From contig CAWHAZ010000005.1 in the NCBI GenBank assembly GCA_963827475.1, positions 160,001-224,000 of the forward strand: DNA of 64,000 bases, given 5' to 3'. Source of the DNA: an uncultured Chloroflexia bacterium. Lineage in GTDB: Bacteria > Chloroflexota > Limnocylindria > QHBO01. Numbering within the stretch: the first letter of the stretch is position 1; each line of letters begins with the position of its first letter. The notes under the pieces were generated by a model, which saw nothing but the letters and a program-made list of their open reading frames with translations, searched no databases and had not been told where the DNA came from. Below are positions 9,933 to 20,679 of the stretch, piece by piece. The translations under genes were made by a program, and so were the position numbers.

Positions 9933-10847
9933 TCATCGCTCCCGGGCCAGGCGCAGCTCGAGGGCCTGGTCGGGGCTGAATCCGCGCAGGGCGAGCGTGT
10001 CCGCCGCGACCTCCAGCAGGGCGGCGGTGGGCGCCAGGCCGATGAGCTCGGCATGGTCGATGTCGGTTCCCGCCTGCCGAGCCAGGCGCCGGACCTCGCC
10101 GACCACGACCGGGATGCCGGTGCGCTCCCAGTCGGCGAGATTCATGCTGACCTGGGCCAGCTGCCGCCCGTCGGGGACGGCGACCAGCACCCCCATCGCC
10201 TGCACCGCGGGCAGGCCGCCGGACGACTCGCGGATCGTTTCCGCGATCCGCTGCGCGATCTCGACGTCGTCGGTGGCCAGGTTGAGGTTGAACGCGATCA
10301 GCGGCTTGCGGGCGCCCACCGCCACCGCGCCGCCTCGGGGATGGAGCCGCGACGGGCCGTAGTCCGGCTCACGCTCCGGATTGACCCCGATCTCCTCGCG
10401 CAGGCCCTCGTACTGGCCGCGCCGGACGTCGGCCAGCCGCCGCCGTTCGGGCCGCAGCGCGGCCTCGCCGTAGAGGTACACCGGCAGCTCGAAGACCTTG
10501 GCCACCTGCTCCCCGAAGCGTCGGGCGAGGTCCACGCATTCGTCCATCCGCGTGTCGCCGAGGGGCACGAACGGGATGACGTCGACCGCCCCGATTCGGG
10601 GGTGGGCCCCCGCCTGCTGCTCCATGTCGATCAGCTCGAGCGCCCGACCGACCGCGGCCATCGCGGCGCGGACCACCGGCTCGGGCCCGCCCGCGAACGT
10701 GACCACGCTCCGGTTGTGGGACTCGTCGCGGCTCGCGTCGAGGAGTGCGACGCCCTCGATCTGGCGGATCGCGCGGGTGATCTCCTCGAGGACTTCCGGC
10801 CGGCGACCCTCGCTGAAGTTGGGCACGCATTCGATGAGGCTCGCCAC
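9933..10847 (-). CDS. ftcD: Glutamate formimidoyltransferase (FTCD N-terminal domain)
   Basis: LIECVPNFSEGRR, HNRSVVT, HPRIGAVDVIPFVP, PVYLYG, VGARKPLIAFN. Confidence 0.93.
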   Translation of the reverse strand: MASLIECVPNFSEGRRPEVLEEITRAIRQIEGVALLDASRDESHNRSVVTFAGGPEPVVRAAMAAVGRALELIDMEQQAGAHPRIGAVDVIPFVPLGDTRMDECVDLARRFGEQVAKVFELPVYLYGEAALRPERRRLADVRRGQYEGLREEIGVNPEREPDYGPSRLHPRGGAVAVGARKPLIAFNLNLATDDVEIAQRIAETIRESSGGLPAVQAMGVLVAVPDGRQLAQVSMNLADWERTGIPVVVGEVRRLARQAGTDIDHAELIGLAPTAALLEVAADTLALRGFSPDQALELRLARER

Positions 10848-10865
10848 GGACCGATGATAGGGGTC
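10845..10865 (-). promoter_or_regulatory. Leaderless promoter element (TATCAT-6 nt-GTG), copy 1
   Basis: GACCCCTATCATCGGTCCGTG, identical to 16103..16123. Confidence 0.6.
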
Positions 10866-12031
10866 AGGCTGAGGCAGCCGCCGCCTGCCGAGGGTCGTCT
10901 CGACCGATGGTGTCCGGGTTCGTTCCGCGCGCCCGCGCCAGGCGCTCGGTGAGGAGCTGGAGGGGCAGGACGACGGCGAGCGAGGCGGCCACCGGACGAG
11001 CCAGCTGCCCGTCCAGCTCGACGAGGTGCCGGCCCACCGTGGCCGCCTCCGCCACGTCCGCGACCTCGGCGGAGCCGAGCACGACCGATGGCATGCCGAG
11101 CGCGGCCGCGGCGCGGAGGACGGTCGCCGCCCGCTCTCGCAGGTCCACGCCGCGGCCGTCGCCATCGGTCAGGATGAGGACCAGCCCGGTGCGCTCGGTG
11201 GCTGCCGCCAGGTGGCCGTGGCGCACGGTCTCGAGCTCGTGGGCGGTGGCGGGCAGGCGAACCCCTTCCTCGACCTTCAGCGCCAGCTCGCGGGCCGCGG
11301 GGTAGTCGACCCCGGAGCCGACGACCAGCAGGCGGTCGGCTCCGGACAGGCCGGCGGCCAGCTCCTCCGCGATCGCGCCGTCCGCTCCCGCCGCGACCTG
11401 GCGTTCGACCGCATCGGGCGCGACCTCGCTCCCGCCCAGCGCGGCGTGCAGGCCGACCCCGGCGACCAGGGGCGAGAGGTAGCCCGACGGTGTGGCACCA
11501 CGACTGGTCCTGCTCGTCGGTGGTGAGCACGGTCGCCGCCAGCGCCGCGCCCGGGGAGCGGTCGCTGACCGTGATCAGGACCGTCGGGCCATCGTGGCCG
11601 CCGGCGGTGCGCAGCGCGGCATTCGTGGCCTCCGTCCCGCCTTCGTGGGAGATGGCGATCACGGGTGCGCCGGACGGGACGCGGCCGGCCAGCTCGAACG
11701 CCTGCTCGGCCCGAACCGCATGGTTCGGCCGGTCCGCGCGGGCCAGGCCGTCCGCAACCAGGCGCGCGACGGCCATCGCCGCGTGATGGCTCGTCCCGCA
11801 GCCGGTGATCGTGACCGGCAGGTGGTGCTCGACCGCGTCACGGATGAGCCCCGCGACCTGCTCGAGACCGGGATCGGCGGTGAGCTTCCGCAGCAGGCGC
11901 CCCGCAAGCGCGGGCTCGGCCGCGATCATCTCGGTCATGGCGTACGGCGGGCCCGGGCGCCGGGCCGGCATCTCCGACGGCGCCCACGGGTCGGGGGCGC
12001 CGGGAAGGCGCGCAACGGGGTCGGTGGCCAC
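10864..12031 (-). CDS. SIS-domain sugar-phosphate isomerase/deaminase (GlmS C-terminal-like), frameshifted near 11.4-11.5 kb
   Basis: MTEMIAAEP, ITGCGTSHHAA, IAISHEGGT, QSWCHTVG, ETVRHGH, PLQLL. Confidence 0.75.
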
Positions 12032-12088
12032 GGTTTCGATCCTACCCGCCATGCTGCCACGCATTCCCGACCGCGCTACCATCGGTCC

Positions 12089-12817
12089 ATGGACCCGCGC
12101 ACCGCCCTTGCCGAGCTGGAGGCAGCCGGCAGCGAGAGGAACCGAGCCATCTACCTGCGCCACGGCGCCGGGGAGAACCAGTACGGCGTCTCGTTCAAGG
12201 ACCTCCGAGCCCTCGCCAAGCGCATCGGTCATGACCAGGTCCTCGCCCGATCCCTGTGGGCCACCGGCAATACCGATGCGCGCTGCCTCGCCTGCCTGGT
12301 GGCCGAGCCGGACAAGATGGACGACGAGGAGCTCGACGCCTGGCTCTCGAGCATCTCGTACTACCTGCTCGTCGACGTGTTCGTCGCCGAGGTGGCGAGC
12401 CAGGTTCCCGGTATCCGCCCCCGCATGGAACGCTGGACCCGTTCCGCACGCGACTGGACCGCGCAGGCCGGCTGGGACCTGGCCGCCGTCCTCGCCGCCA
12501 ATGAACCCGACCTGCCGAACCGGGTCTTCCTGGAGCTGCTGGCCAAGATCGAGAACGAGATCCGGCAGGCCGGCAACCGGACGCGGCATGCGATGAACGG
12601 CGCGCTGATCGCGATCGGACTGCGCAACGAGCCCCTGCGCGAGGCCGCGGTGGACGCCGCGGCTCGGATCGGCCCGGTGGTGGTCGATCACGGGGAGACC
12701 GGATGCGTGACCCCGGCCGCCATCCCCTACATCCGCAAGACGCTTGCCTACCGTGAGGCGCAGGCCGAGAAGCGCGCCGCCAGGGCGAAGGCGAAGGCGA
12801 CGGCCGGGGCGCGGTGA
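12089..12817 (+). CDS. DNA alkylation repair protein (AlkD-like HEAT-repeat family)
   Basis: YGVSFKDLRALAKRIG..LARSLWATGNTDAR, MNGALIAIG, VDHGETGCVTP; TACCAT-6-ATG leaderless start. Confidence 0.8.
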   Translation: MDPRTALAELEAAGSERNRAIYLRHGAGENQYGVSFKDLRALAKRIGHDQVLARSLWATGNTDARCLACLVAEPDKMDDEELDAWLSSISYYLLVDVFVAEVASQVPGIRPRMERWTRSARDWTAQAGWDLAAVLAANEPDLPNRVFLELLAKIENEIRQAGNRTRHAMNGALIAIGLRNEPLREAAVDAAARIGPVVVDHGETGCVTPAAIPYIRKTLAYREAQAEKRAARAKAKATAGAR

Positions 12818-13915
12818 CCGAGCCGGCGCGACCCGCCCTCGCGGGGTTCCAGCCCGAGCCGGTCGACGACCCGACCCTCATCAACCTCCACGACTACGAG
12901 CAGGCGGCCGCGACCCGCCTGGCGCCCGGCGCCCTCGCCTACTTCACCGGCGGCGCCAACGACGAGCGGACGCTGACCGAGAACCGGGCCGCGTTCGGGC
13001 GCCGCTGGATCGTTCCCCGCGTCCTGCGCGACGTGTCGAGCGTCGACACCACGGTGGACGTCCTCGGCCGCCGCTGGCCCTTCCCCCTGTTCCTGTGCCC
13101 GACCGCCTTCCACCGGATGGCGCATCCGGACGGCGAGGTCGGCACCGCCCGGGCGGCGGCCGCGCGCGACGTGACGATGACGCTGTCGACCTCCTCCAGC
13201 ACCGACCTCGAGGAGGTGGCCGCCGTCGGCGGGCCACGCTGGTTCCAGGTCTACCTCCTCGCCGACCCCGGCGCTCGGCGGGCGCACGTCGAGCGGGCGG
13301 TGGCCGCCGGCTACGAGGCGCTGGTGCTGACCGTGGACCTGCCGCGCATCGGCCGGCGGGAGCGCGACATCCGGGTCGGCTTCTCGATCCCCGACGACGT
13401 CCACGTCCCGAACCCCGCCCTCGCCGCGGGCGTGCCCATCGAGCAGGGACTGGAGGTGCCCTTCGCCGACCGCCTGACCTGGGACGACGTGGACTGGCTG
13501 GCCGGGTTCGGCCGCCCGGTGGTGGTCAAGGGCATCCTCCACCCGGACGACGCCCGACTCGCGATCGAGCACGGCGCGGCCGCGATCCAGGTCAGCAACC
13601 ATGGCGGGCGGCAGCTCGACGGGTCGATCGCCAGCCTCGACGCCCTGCCGCGCCGTGGTCGAGGCGGTCGGCGGCCGGGTCCCGGTCCTGCTCGACGGCG
13701 GCATCCGTCGCGGGTCGGACGTGGTCATCGCGCTCGCTCTCGGGGCGGCCGCGGTCGGCATCGGGCGACCGGCGCTGTGGGGGCTCGCGGTCGACGGCGA
13801 GGCGGGCGTGGGCCGCGTCCTCGACCTGCTGACCACCGAGACGGAGCTGGCGATGGCCCTCGCCGGCGCCGCGTCGGTCGCCGACCTGACCCCCGACCTG
13901 GTGCTGACCCGCTAG
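12814..13915 (+). CDS. FMN-dependent alpha-hydroxy acid oxidase/dehydrogenase (frameshift near 13650)
   Basis: [29 protein letters not shown], then [11 protein letters not shown] in the shifted frame. Confidence 0.88.
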
Positions 13916-13930
13916 CTCAGGAGCCCCGGC

Positions 13931-14353
13931 CTAGCGGCCGCTGCCCTCCAGCGAGCCCTCGATCTGCTCGTCGGGGATGTACAGCACGCACACGATCTCG
14001 CGGTCGCCACCGCTCCACGAGTCCTCGGTCGGGATGAGGTGGGTGTAGAACACCTCGGAGTCGAGATACGGGATGCCGACGTAGGCCTCGAACCGATCTT
14101 CGCAACCTTCGTTCGCCGCGATGCCCAAGGTGTCGCTGCCCGGATACTCGCCGGAGCCCTCGTAGTCGTACAGGGCGTACACCTCGTTGTCGTGCGGCTC
14201 GTCGCAGTCAACCGCGGTCACCGACGAGATCTCACCGGACTCGGCCGGATCGTTGAAGCAGTCGCCGACCGTGAGGTCGAAGACCGATGCGGTGCCACAG
14301 GCACCCAGCGCCAGGGCGACGCCGATGAGGATCACGGGCCTGCGGAGGTTCAC
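13931..14353 (-). CDS. Septum-formation-family lipoprotein
   Basis: AGGAG RBS, lipobox LGAC, VGDCFND...[12 protein letters not shown]...[11 protein letters not shown]. Confidence 0.75.
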   Translation of the reverse strand: MNLRRPVILIGVALALGACGTASVFDLTVGDCFNDPAESGEISSVTAVDCDEPHDNEVYALYDYEGSGEYPGSDTLGIAANEGCEDRFEAYVGIPYLDSEVFYTHLIPTEDSWSGGDREIVCVLYIPDEQIEGSLEGSGR

Positions 14354-14421
14354 GGGCGGGCTCCTGTTGGGCGGGTGGGGATGGACGAAGCGAATCGCTC
14401 GCCGGTCGATTATCACCGCCG

Positions 14422-16105
14422 TCAGGTGCCCGGTTCCATCGGGATCCGCACGCCCCGCTCGCGGGCGACCTCGAGCGCGCGCTCGTAGCCCGCGTCGGCG
14501 TGGCGGATGACGCCCATCCCCGGGTCGGTGGTCAGCACCCGCTCCAGCCGGGCCGCGGCGGCATCGGTCCCGTCGGCGACGATGACCATGCCGGCGTGGA
14601 GCGAGTAGCCGATGCCCACGCCACCGCCGTGGTGGACGCTGACCCAGGTCGCCCCGGCGGCCGTGTTCAGGAGCGCGTTCAGGACCGGCCAGTCGGCGAT
14701 CGCGTCCGACCCGTCGCGCATGCCCTCGGTCTCGCGGTACGGGCTGGCGACGCTGCCCGCGTCGAGGTGATCCCGCCCGATGACGATCGGCGCGGCCAGC
14801 TCCCCGGATCGCACCATGTCGTTGATCCGGAGCCCGGCCTTCGCCCGCTCGCCGTAGCCCAGCCAGCAGATGCGGGCCGGCAGGCCCTGGAACGGGACCT
14901 TCTCCTCGGCCAGGCGCAGCCAGCGGTGGAGGGACGCGTCCTGCGGGAAGAGCTCGGCCAGCGCGGCATCGGTCTTCAGGATGTCGTCCGGGTCGCCGGA
15001 CAGCGCGGCCCAGCGGAATGGCCCCTTGCCCTCGCAGAAGAGCGGTCGGATGAAGGCCGGGACGAAGCCGGGGAAGGCGAAGGCATCGGTCACGCCGGCT
15101 TCCTTGGCAAAGGCGCGGATGTTGTTGCCGTAGTCGAACACGACCGATCCGGCCTGCTGGAAGGCGAGCATCGCCCGCACGTGGTCGGCGATGGAGGCGG
15201 TGGCCAGCCGGACGTACTCGTCGGGGTCGCGATCGCGGAGCGCCAGCGCCTCCGACAGACCGATGGACCCCGGCACGTACCCGCCCAGCGGGTCGTGGGC
15301 GGAGGTCTGGTCGGTGACGACGTCGGGGCGCCAGCCGCGGCGGACCAGCTCGGGCTCGACGTCCGCGGCGTTGGCCACCAGCGCGATGCTCCGCGCCTCG
15401 CCGGCGGACCGCCAGGCGTCCACTTTGCGCGACCGCCTCGTCGAGGTCGGTCGTGACCTCGTCGACGTAGCCGGCGGCATGCCGCCGCTCGGCGCGGGCC
15501 GGGTCCACCTCGATGGCCAGCACCGCCCCCTCGTTCATGGTCACCGCCAGCGGCTGCGCGCCGCCCATCCCGCCGAGGCCCGCGGTCAGGGTCGCCGTCC
15601 CGCGCAGGGAGCCCCCGAAATGCTGCCGCGCGCACTCGGCGAACGTCTCGTAGGTGCCCTGGATGATCCCCTGGGTCGCGATGTAGATCCACGACCCTGC
15701 GGTCATCTGGCCGTACATCGTCAGGCCGGCCCGCTCCAGCTCGCGGAAGTTCTCCCAGGTCGCCCAGTGGGGGACGAGCAGGGCATTGGCGATCAGGACG
15801 CGGGGCGCGTCAGGTGTCGTGCGGAAGACGCCGACCGGCTTGCCGCTCTGGACCAGGAGCGTCTCGTCGTTCTCGAGCCGGCGCAGCTCGCGGACGATCG
15901 CGTCGAACGCCTCCCAGCTCCGCGCCGCCCGCCCGGTGCCGCCGTAGACGATGAGGTGATCGGGGTCCTCGGCCACGTCCGGGTCGAGGTTGTTCATCAG
16001 CATCCGGAGCGCCGCTTCCTGCTGCCACCCCTTGCAGGACAGCTCGGATCCGCGCGGTGCCCGGACGGTTCGTGGCCCGGAGGTCGCCTGGGCGGCGGTC
16101 GTCAC
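14422..16105 (-). CDS. hutU: Urocanate hydratase (frameshift near 15430)
   Basis: [69 protein letters not shown]. Confidence 0.96.
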
Positions 16106-16123
16106 GGACCGATGATAGGGGTC
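16103..16123 (-). promoter_or_regulatory. Leaderless promoter element (TATCAT-6 nt-GTG), copy 2
   Basis: GACCCCTATCATCGGTCCGTG, identical to 10845..10865. Confidence 0.6.
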
Positions 16124-16128
16124 CGGCC

Positions 16129-16857
16129 TCAGGTCACGGCCGACAGCAGGAAGGCGAGGGTGAAGCCCAGGACGGTCACCAGGCCGGCGAGGTCGCCGCC
16201 GTCCTCGAACGCCTCGGGAATCATCGTGTCGACCAGCATCGTCAGCAGGCCGCCGGCGGCGAAGGCCTGCACGAACGGGACGGCGGGGCCCGCCTCGTCG
16301 AAGAGGAGGAACGCGAGCGCGGCCGAGGACGCCGACACGAGGACCACAGCCAGCCACAGGCCCAGGATCCAGCGCGGCGACCGACCCTCTCCTTTAGGTC
16401 GACCGAGGCCGAGAAGCCCTCCGGCACGTTCGACAGCAGGACGGCCACCAGGAATGCCGGGGACACGGCGCCGCCGCCCAGCAGGGACGCACCGAGCACC
16501 ACCGACTCGGGGATCCCGTCGAGCATCGCGCCCAGAACGATGGACAGGCCCTGGCCCTCGCGCGCCTGCTGCTTGACCGTGGCCTGGCCCCGGGCCTTGC
16601 CGCGGGCGGTCGAGCAGCCGATTGCCCACGAAGAACGTCACCGCCCCGGCCGCCAGTCCGGCGGTCAGGAGCTGGACGCCGCCCTGCTCGAACGCCTCGG
16701 CAGTCAGCTCGTACGCGACGGCGCTGAACAGGGCGCCGGCGCCGAACGCCAGGGCGAGTCCGACGACCGTCCGGCTCACCTTCAGCGCCAGGCCGGCCGC
16801 GGCGCCGACCAGCAAGGCGGAGGCGGCAAGGAACGCCCAGCCGAAGGCCTCGATCAT
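16129..16857 (-). CDS. ZIP/ZupT-family metal transporter (frameshifted)
   Basis: [49 protein letters not shown]. Confidence 0.85.
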   Translation of the reverse strand: MIEAFGWAFLAASALLVGAAAGLALKVSRTVVGLALAFGAGALFSAVAYELTAEAFEQGGVQLLTAGLAAGAVTFFVGNRLLDRPRQGPGPGHGQAAGARGPGPVHRSGRDARRDPRVGGARCVPAGRRRRVPGIPGGRPAVERAGGLLGLGRPKGEGRSPRWILGLWLAVVLVSASSAALAFLLFDEAGPAVPFVQAFAAGGLLTMLVDTMIPEAFEDGGDLAGLVTVLGFTLAFLLSAVT

Positions 16858-16860
16858 CGG

Positions 16861-17586
16861 TCAGTCATCGCCGAACGGGTTCGGCCGCGAGGGCTTGGGC
16901 GGCAGGCGAAAGACGTCGTCCTCGGTCGGTCCCTTGGGCATCGGGAGCGGCCAGGCTTCGCCCTCGTCGGGAACCCGGGTCTTGGACAGGAGGTCCTCCC
17001 ATCCCACCTCCACCTCGCCGGCCAGCTCGCGGCGGTAGACCGGGAACTGGTCGTCGCCGGCGGTCAGGGTGAAACCGGCAGCCTCGTAGACCGATGCCGG
17101 GCCGCCCGACGGGAGCCACGGGTCGGCCGCCCGCTCGAGGTAGCTCTCGACCGCGATCACCCCACGCCGGTCGAGCTCGGCGCAGACCGCCTCCGCCAAC
17201 GCCTGACCGATGGCCTCGCGATTCGACGCGCCGGGAACGACCTGCAGGCAGGTCAGGATCCAGGGGGCGGGGGAGTCCGGCAGCTCCGGGTACCGGTCGC
17301 GGATGAGCTGGGCACGCGGGTAGACGCTGAGCGGCCCGAACTGGGCGTACCCGACCACGACGCCCGCCGCATCGGTCGCCAGCATCCCGTACGACCCGGC
17401 CAGCCGAGCGCCGGCCATCAGGGCGGCGCGCTTCGCGTCGCGGCGGGCGGTGGTGTCGTCGCCCTCTCGGCTGCCCTCGAGCCGCTCCCAGTAGTCGCAG
17501 GTCTGGCAGCGCGCACCCGGCCGCGCAGGCTCGGGGATGCTCTCGATGCCCGCCTCGTCGACGAGGGAGAAGGTGAGCTCCTCCAT
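16861..17586 (-). CDS. GNAT-like protein with CxxCxYWE motif
   Basis: RCQTCDYWE, VVGYAQFGP, ILTCLQV, ELDRRGVIAVESY, YEAAGF. Confidence 0.65.
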   Translation of the reverse strand: MEELTFSLVDEAGIESIPEPARPGARCQTCDYWERLEGSREGDDTTARRDAKRAALMAGARLAGSYGMLATDAAGVVVGYAQFGPLSVYPRAQLIRDRYPELPDSPAPWILTCLQVVPGASNREAIGQALAEAVCAELDRRGVIAVESYLERAADPWLPSGGPASVYEAAGFTLTAGDDQFPVYRRELAGEVEVGWEDLLSKTRVPDEGEAWPLPMPKGPTEDDVFRLPPKPSRPNPFGDD

Positions 17587-17589
17587 CGG

Positions 17590-19110
17590 TCAGCCCGAAG
17601 CCACGGCCGCCAGTCGACCCTCGCGAATCGCCGCCGTCAGGGCCGTGATGTCGGGCGCCGGGGATCGGTCGCCATCCAGTGGGGGCACCACCGATCGGAC
17701 AACGGCCACGGCCGCCTGGACGCCGCGACCGGGTGCCTGCGGCTGGCGGAGGTCCAGGCCGCGCGCCGCGCACAGTGCCTCGACCGCCAGCACGGTCGCC
17801 GCCCGGTCGAGCGCCTCGCGCAGCAGCAGCGCGGACGTCGCCCCCATGCTCACGTGGTCCTCCTGGTTGGCGCTGGTCGGGATCGTGTCCGCGGCGGCCG
17901 GATGTGCGGTGGTCTTCAGCTCGTTGACGGCCGCCGCCGCCGTGTACTGGGCCAGCATCAGCCCGCTCTCGATCCCCGGGTCGTCGGCCAGGAAGGCGGG
18001 GAGACCCGACAGGCGGCTGTCGAGGATCCGCGCCGTCCGGCGCTCGGAGATGGTGGCCAGCGCGGTGAGCGCCAGCCGGGCGTGGTCGAGGGCCAGCGCG
18101 AGTGGCTCGCCGTGGAAGTTGCCGCCGCTCACCACCCGCCCGTCGGGGAAGACCAGCGGGTTGTCGGTCGCCGCGTTGAGCTCGACCGACACCGCGTCGT
18201 CGAGCGGCGCGAGGGCGTCGGCCACCGCCCCGTGGACCTGCGGCATGCAGCGGATGGAGTACGGGTCCTGGACCTTGTGCGGGCTCGAGCGGTGGCTGTC
18301 GCCGATCTCGCTGTCCGCCAGGAGCTCACGCAGCCGGGCCGCGGACGCCAGCTGGCCGGGGTGCGGCCGGGCCCAGATCAACGCCTCGTCGAACGCGGAC
18401 GCCGTACCGAGCATCGCCTCCAGGCTCATGGCCCCGGTCACGTCCGCGGTGCGGACCAGGATCCCCGCATCGGTCAGGGCCAGCGCGCCGATGGCGGTCA
18501 TCAGCTGCGTCCCGTTGAGCAGGGCAAGGCCTTCCTTCGCTCCCAGCTCCATCGGTTCGAGGCCGGCGGCGGCCAGCGCCTCGCCGCCGGGAACGGTCCT
18601 GTCGCCCACCACCGCCTCGCCCTCGCCGATGACCACCAGCGCGAGATGGGCGAGCGGGGCGAGGTCGCCGGAGGCGCCCACGCTGCCGCGGGACGGGATG
18701 ACGGGGTGCACCGCGGCGTTCAGCATCGCGATGAGGAGGTCGACCACCTCCGGCCGGATGCCGGACAGCCCCACGGCCAGGGCATTGGCCCGGAGCAGGA
18801 GCATGGCCCGCACGACCTCGGCGGGGAGCGGCTCACCCACGCCGGCCGCGTGGCTCCGGACGAGGTTGCGCTGGAGGGTGGCCGTCTGCTCCGGGGAGAT
18901 GCGCACGTCGGCCAGGTCGCCGAACCCGGTCGTGACCCCGTAGACCGTCTCGCCGGAGGCGACCACCCGCTCGATCACGGCCCTCGACACCGCCATCCGC
19001 TCGCGCGCCGCCGACTCGACCACGACCGGTCGTCCGCCCCGCGCCACCGACACGACATCGGCGATGGTCAGGTCACGGCCGGTCAGCTGGAGCGGGGGTT
19101 GGGCTGCCAC
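17590..19110 (-). CDS. hutH: Histidine ammonia-lyase
   Basis: VYGVTTGFG, RSHAAG (HAL-type SH), GASGDLAPL (MIO), QDPYSIRC, GGNFHG, NQEDHVSM. Confidence 0.96.
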   Translation of the reverse strand: MAAQPPLQLTGRDLTIADVVSVARGGRPVVVESAARERMAVSRAVIERVVASGETVYGVTTGFGDLADVRISPEQTATLQRNLVRSHAAGVGEPLPAEVVRAMLLLRANALAVGLSGIRPEVVDLLIAMLNAAVHPVIPSRGSVGASGDLAPLAHLALVVIGEGEAVVGDRTVPGGEALAAAGLEPMELGAKEGLALLNGTQLMTAIGALALTDAGILVRTADVTGAMSLEAMLGTASAFDEALIWARPHPGQLASAARLRELLADSEIGDSHRSSPHKVQDPYSIRCMPQVHGAVADALAPLDDAVSVELNAATDNPLVFPDGRVVSGGNFHGEPLALALDHARLALTALATISERRTARILDSRLSGLPAFLADDPGIESGLMLAQYTAAAAVNELKTTAHPAAADTIPTSANQEDHVSMGATSALLLREALDRAATVLAVEALCAARGLDLRQPQAPGRGVQAAVAVVRSVVPPLDGDRSPAPDITALTAAIREGRLAAVASG

Positions 19111-19130
19111 CTCATTCCTATACTACGGAC

Positions 19131-19952
19131 GTGCGGAGGCTTCCGGACCCGACGAGCCGCCTCGTCACGAGCCGCGGCGCGCAGTACCGGCTCGGCGGCG
19201 CGGTCCCCAGCCCCGCGGCCGCGTTCCTCGTCGCCCTCATCCTGTTGCCCTCCCTGTTCTGGCTGGTCGCGCTGAAGCGGACGACCACCTACCTCGGCCC
19301 CGAGGAGTGGCTGATGGAGAGCGTGGTCATTCCGTTCCAGGCCTGGATGGAGGCCAACGTACCGCTGGTCGACAGCGTGATCACCGCCATCAGCGCCCTG
19401 GGCTCCGGCTGGTTCGTCGGCCTGGGCTTCGCCGTCTGCGGGCTGTTCGCCCTGGCCAAGGGCCGCCGCGACCTCGCCCTGCTGCTGGCCCTCGGCACGC
19501 TGGCCTTCCCGATGGAATGGGCGCTGAAGTTCTTCGTCGCCATCCCGCCCATCACCTTCAACGAGCTGGTCGAGGCCATGTTCAACGTTGGCGGCTTCGG
19601 CCTCGACGACATCGCCGTCTTCCCGGCCGGCCACGCCCTGCGGGCGATGGCCCTCTACGGCCTGGTCGCGTTCTGCATTGCCCGCCTGTCGGGGGACCGA
19701 CGGCAGGGCATGACCGCCTATGCGGTGGCCGGCGTCCTGATCTTCGTGATCGGGATCGCCCGGATCTACCTCAACCTCCACTACCCGTTGGACGTGGTCG
19801 GGGGCTGGATGGCGGGAGCCGCGCTGGTCTCGGTGCTGGTCGCGATCCACGTCCTGAACGCGGACGAGCGGATGCGCGTGGCGGAACGCCAACGGGCTGC
19901 CGCCGCCGAGCAGCCCGCGGCGGCTCCTTCCTCACCCGCGGCCGAGGCCTAG
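19131..19952 (+). CDS. PAP2-family membrane phosphatase
   Basis: FPAGHA (C2) and ARIYLNLHYPLDV (C3) motifs; several TM helices. Confidence 0.8.
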   Translation: MRRLPDPTSRLVTSRGAQYRLGGAVPSPAAAFLVALILLPSLFWLVALKRTTTYLGPEEWLMESVVIPFQAWMEANVPLVDSVITAISALGSGWFVGLGFAVCGLFALAKGRRDLALLLALGTLAFPMEWALKFFVAIPPITFNELVEAMFNVGGFGLDDIAVFPAGHALRAMALYGLVAFCIARLSGDRRQGMTAYAVAGVLIFVIGIARIYLNLHYPLDVVGGWMAGAALVSVLVAIHVLNADERMRVAERQRAAAAEQPAAAPSSPAAEA

Positions 19953-19961
19953 CGGCCGGAC

Positions 19962-20630
19962 GTGCTGGAGTTCATCGACCAGACGGTCATTCCCTTCTTC
20001 CTGGACCTGTACGACGCCCTCGGCTATGTCGGTGTCGCGGTGGGAGTGGCGCTCGAGACGTTCATTCCCATCCTGCCGTCGGAGGTCATCGTGCCCATGG
20101 CGGGCTGGAAGATCTCCCAGTCGGCCACGGATCCGGCGGTCACCGAATGGCTGACCGATGCGCCCTGGACCTTCATCGGGGTCATGGTCGCGGCCACCCT
20201 CGGCGCGGCCGCCGGCTCGCTGGCCGGCTACCTCATTGGCGCCTGGGGTGGGCGCCCGCTGCTGGACCGATACGGCCGCTACGTCCACATCGAGTCCGAT
20301 GACCTCGACCGCGCCGACGCCTGGTTCGCCCGCTATGGCGAATGGGCGGTGTTCTTCGCGCGCTTCGTTCCGCTCCTCCGCGCCCTCATCAGCTACCCGG
20401 CCGGCGTGGCCCGCATGCCGCTGGGCAGGTACATGATCTTCTCGGTGGCGGGCTCGATCCCGTGGAACCTGGCCCTGGTCACCGCCGGCTGGCTGCTGGG
20501 CGAGAACTACGACGCGCTGTACGAGACGATCCGCCCGTTCGAGATCCTGATCTACGTGGTCGTGGTCCTGGGCGGCGCCTTCATCCTCATCCGCTGGATC
20601 CGCGGCCGCGGTTCCCCGCTGGAGGTTTGA
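19962..20630 (+). CDS. DedA-family membrane protein
   Basis: LETFIPILPSEVIVPMAG, WFARYGEWAVFFARFVPLLRALISYPAG. Confidence 0.92.
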   Translation: MLEFIDQTVIPFFLDLYDALGYVGVAVGVALETFIPILPSEVIVPMAGWKISQSATDPAVTEWLTDAPWTFIGVMVAATLGAAAGSLAGYLIGAWGGRPLLDRYGRYVHIESDDLDRADAWFARYGEWAVFFARFVPLLRALISYPAGVARMPLGRYMIFSVAGSIPWNLALVTAGWLLGENYDALYETIRPFEILIYVVVVLGGAFILIRWIRGRGSPLEV

Positions 20631-20679
20631 CCGGCAACGCCTCGAGTGGCACGATCGATGGGCAACTGAACGAATCCAT

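Noticed and set aside
14422-16105. hutU (and the alpha-hydroxy-acid oxidase, ZIP and ribY genes) as pseudogenes or programmed frameshifts
   Set aside because: Isolated indels with intact conserved motifs on both sides and no slippery heptamer; best explained as sequencing error
16057-19275. 1072-aa plus-strand ORF
   Set aside because: Antisense shadow of hutH/GNAT/ZIP in high-GC DNA; no motifs
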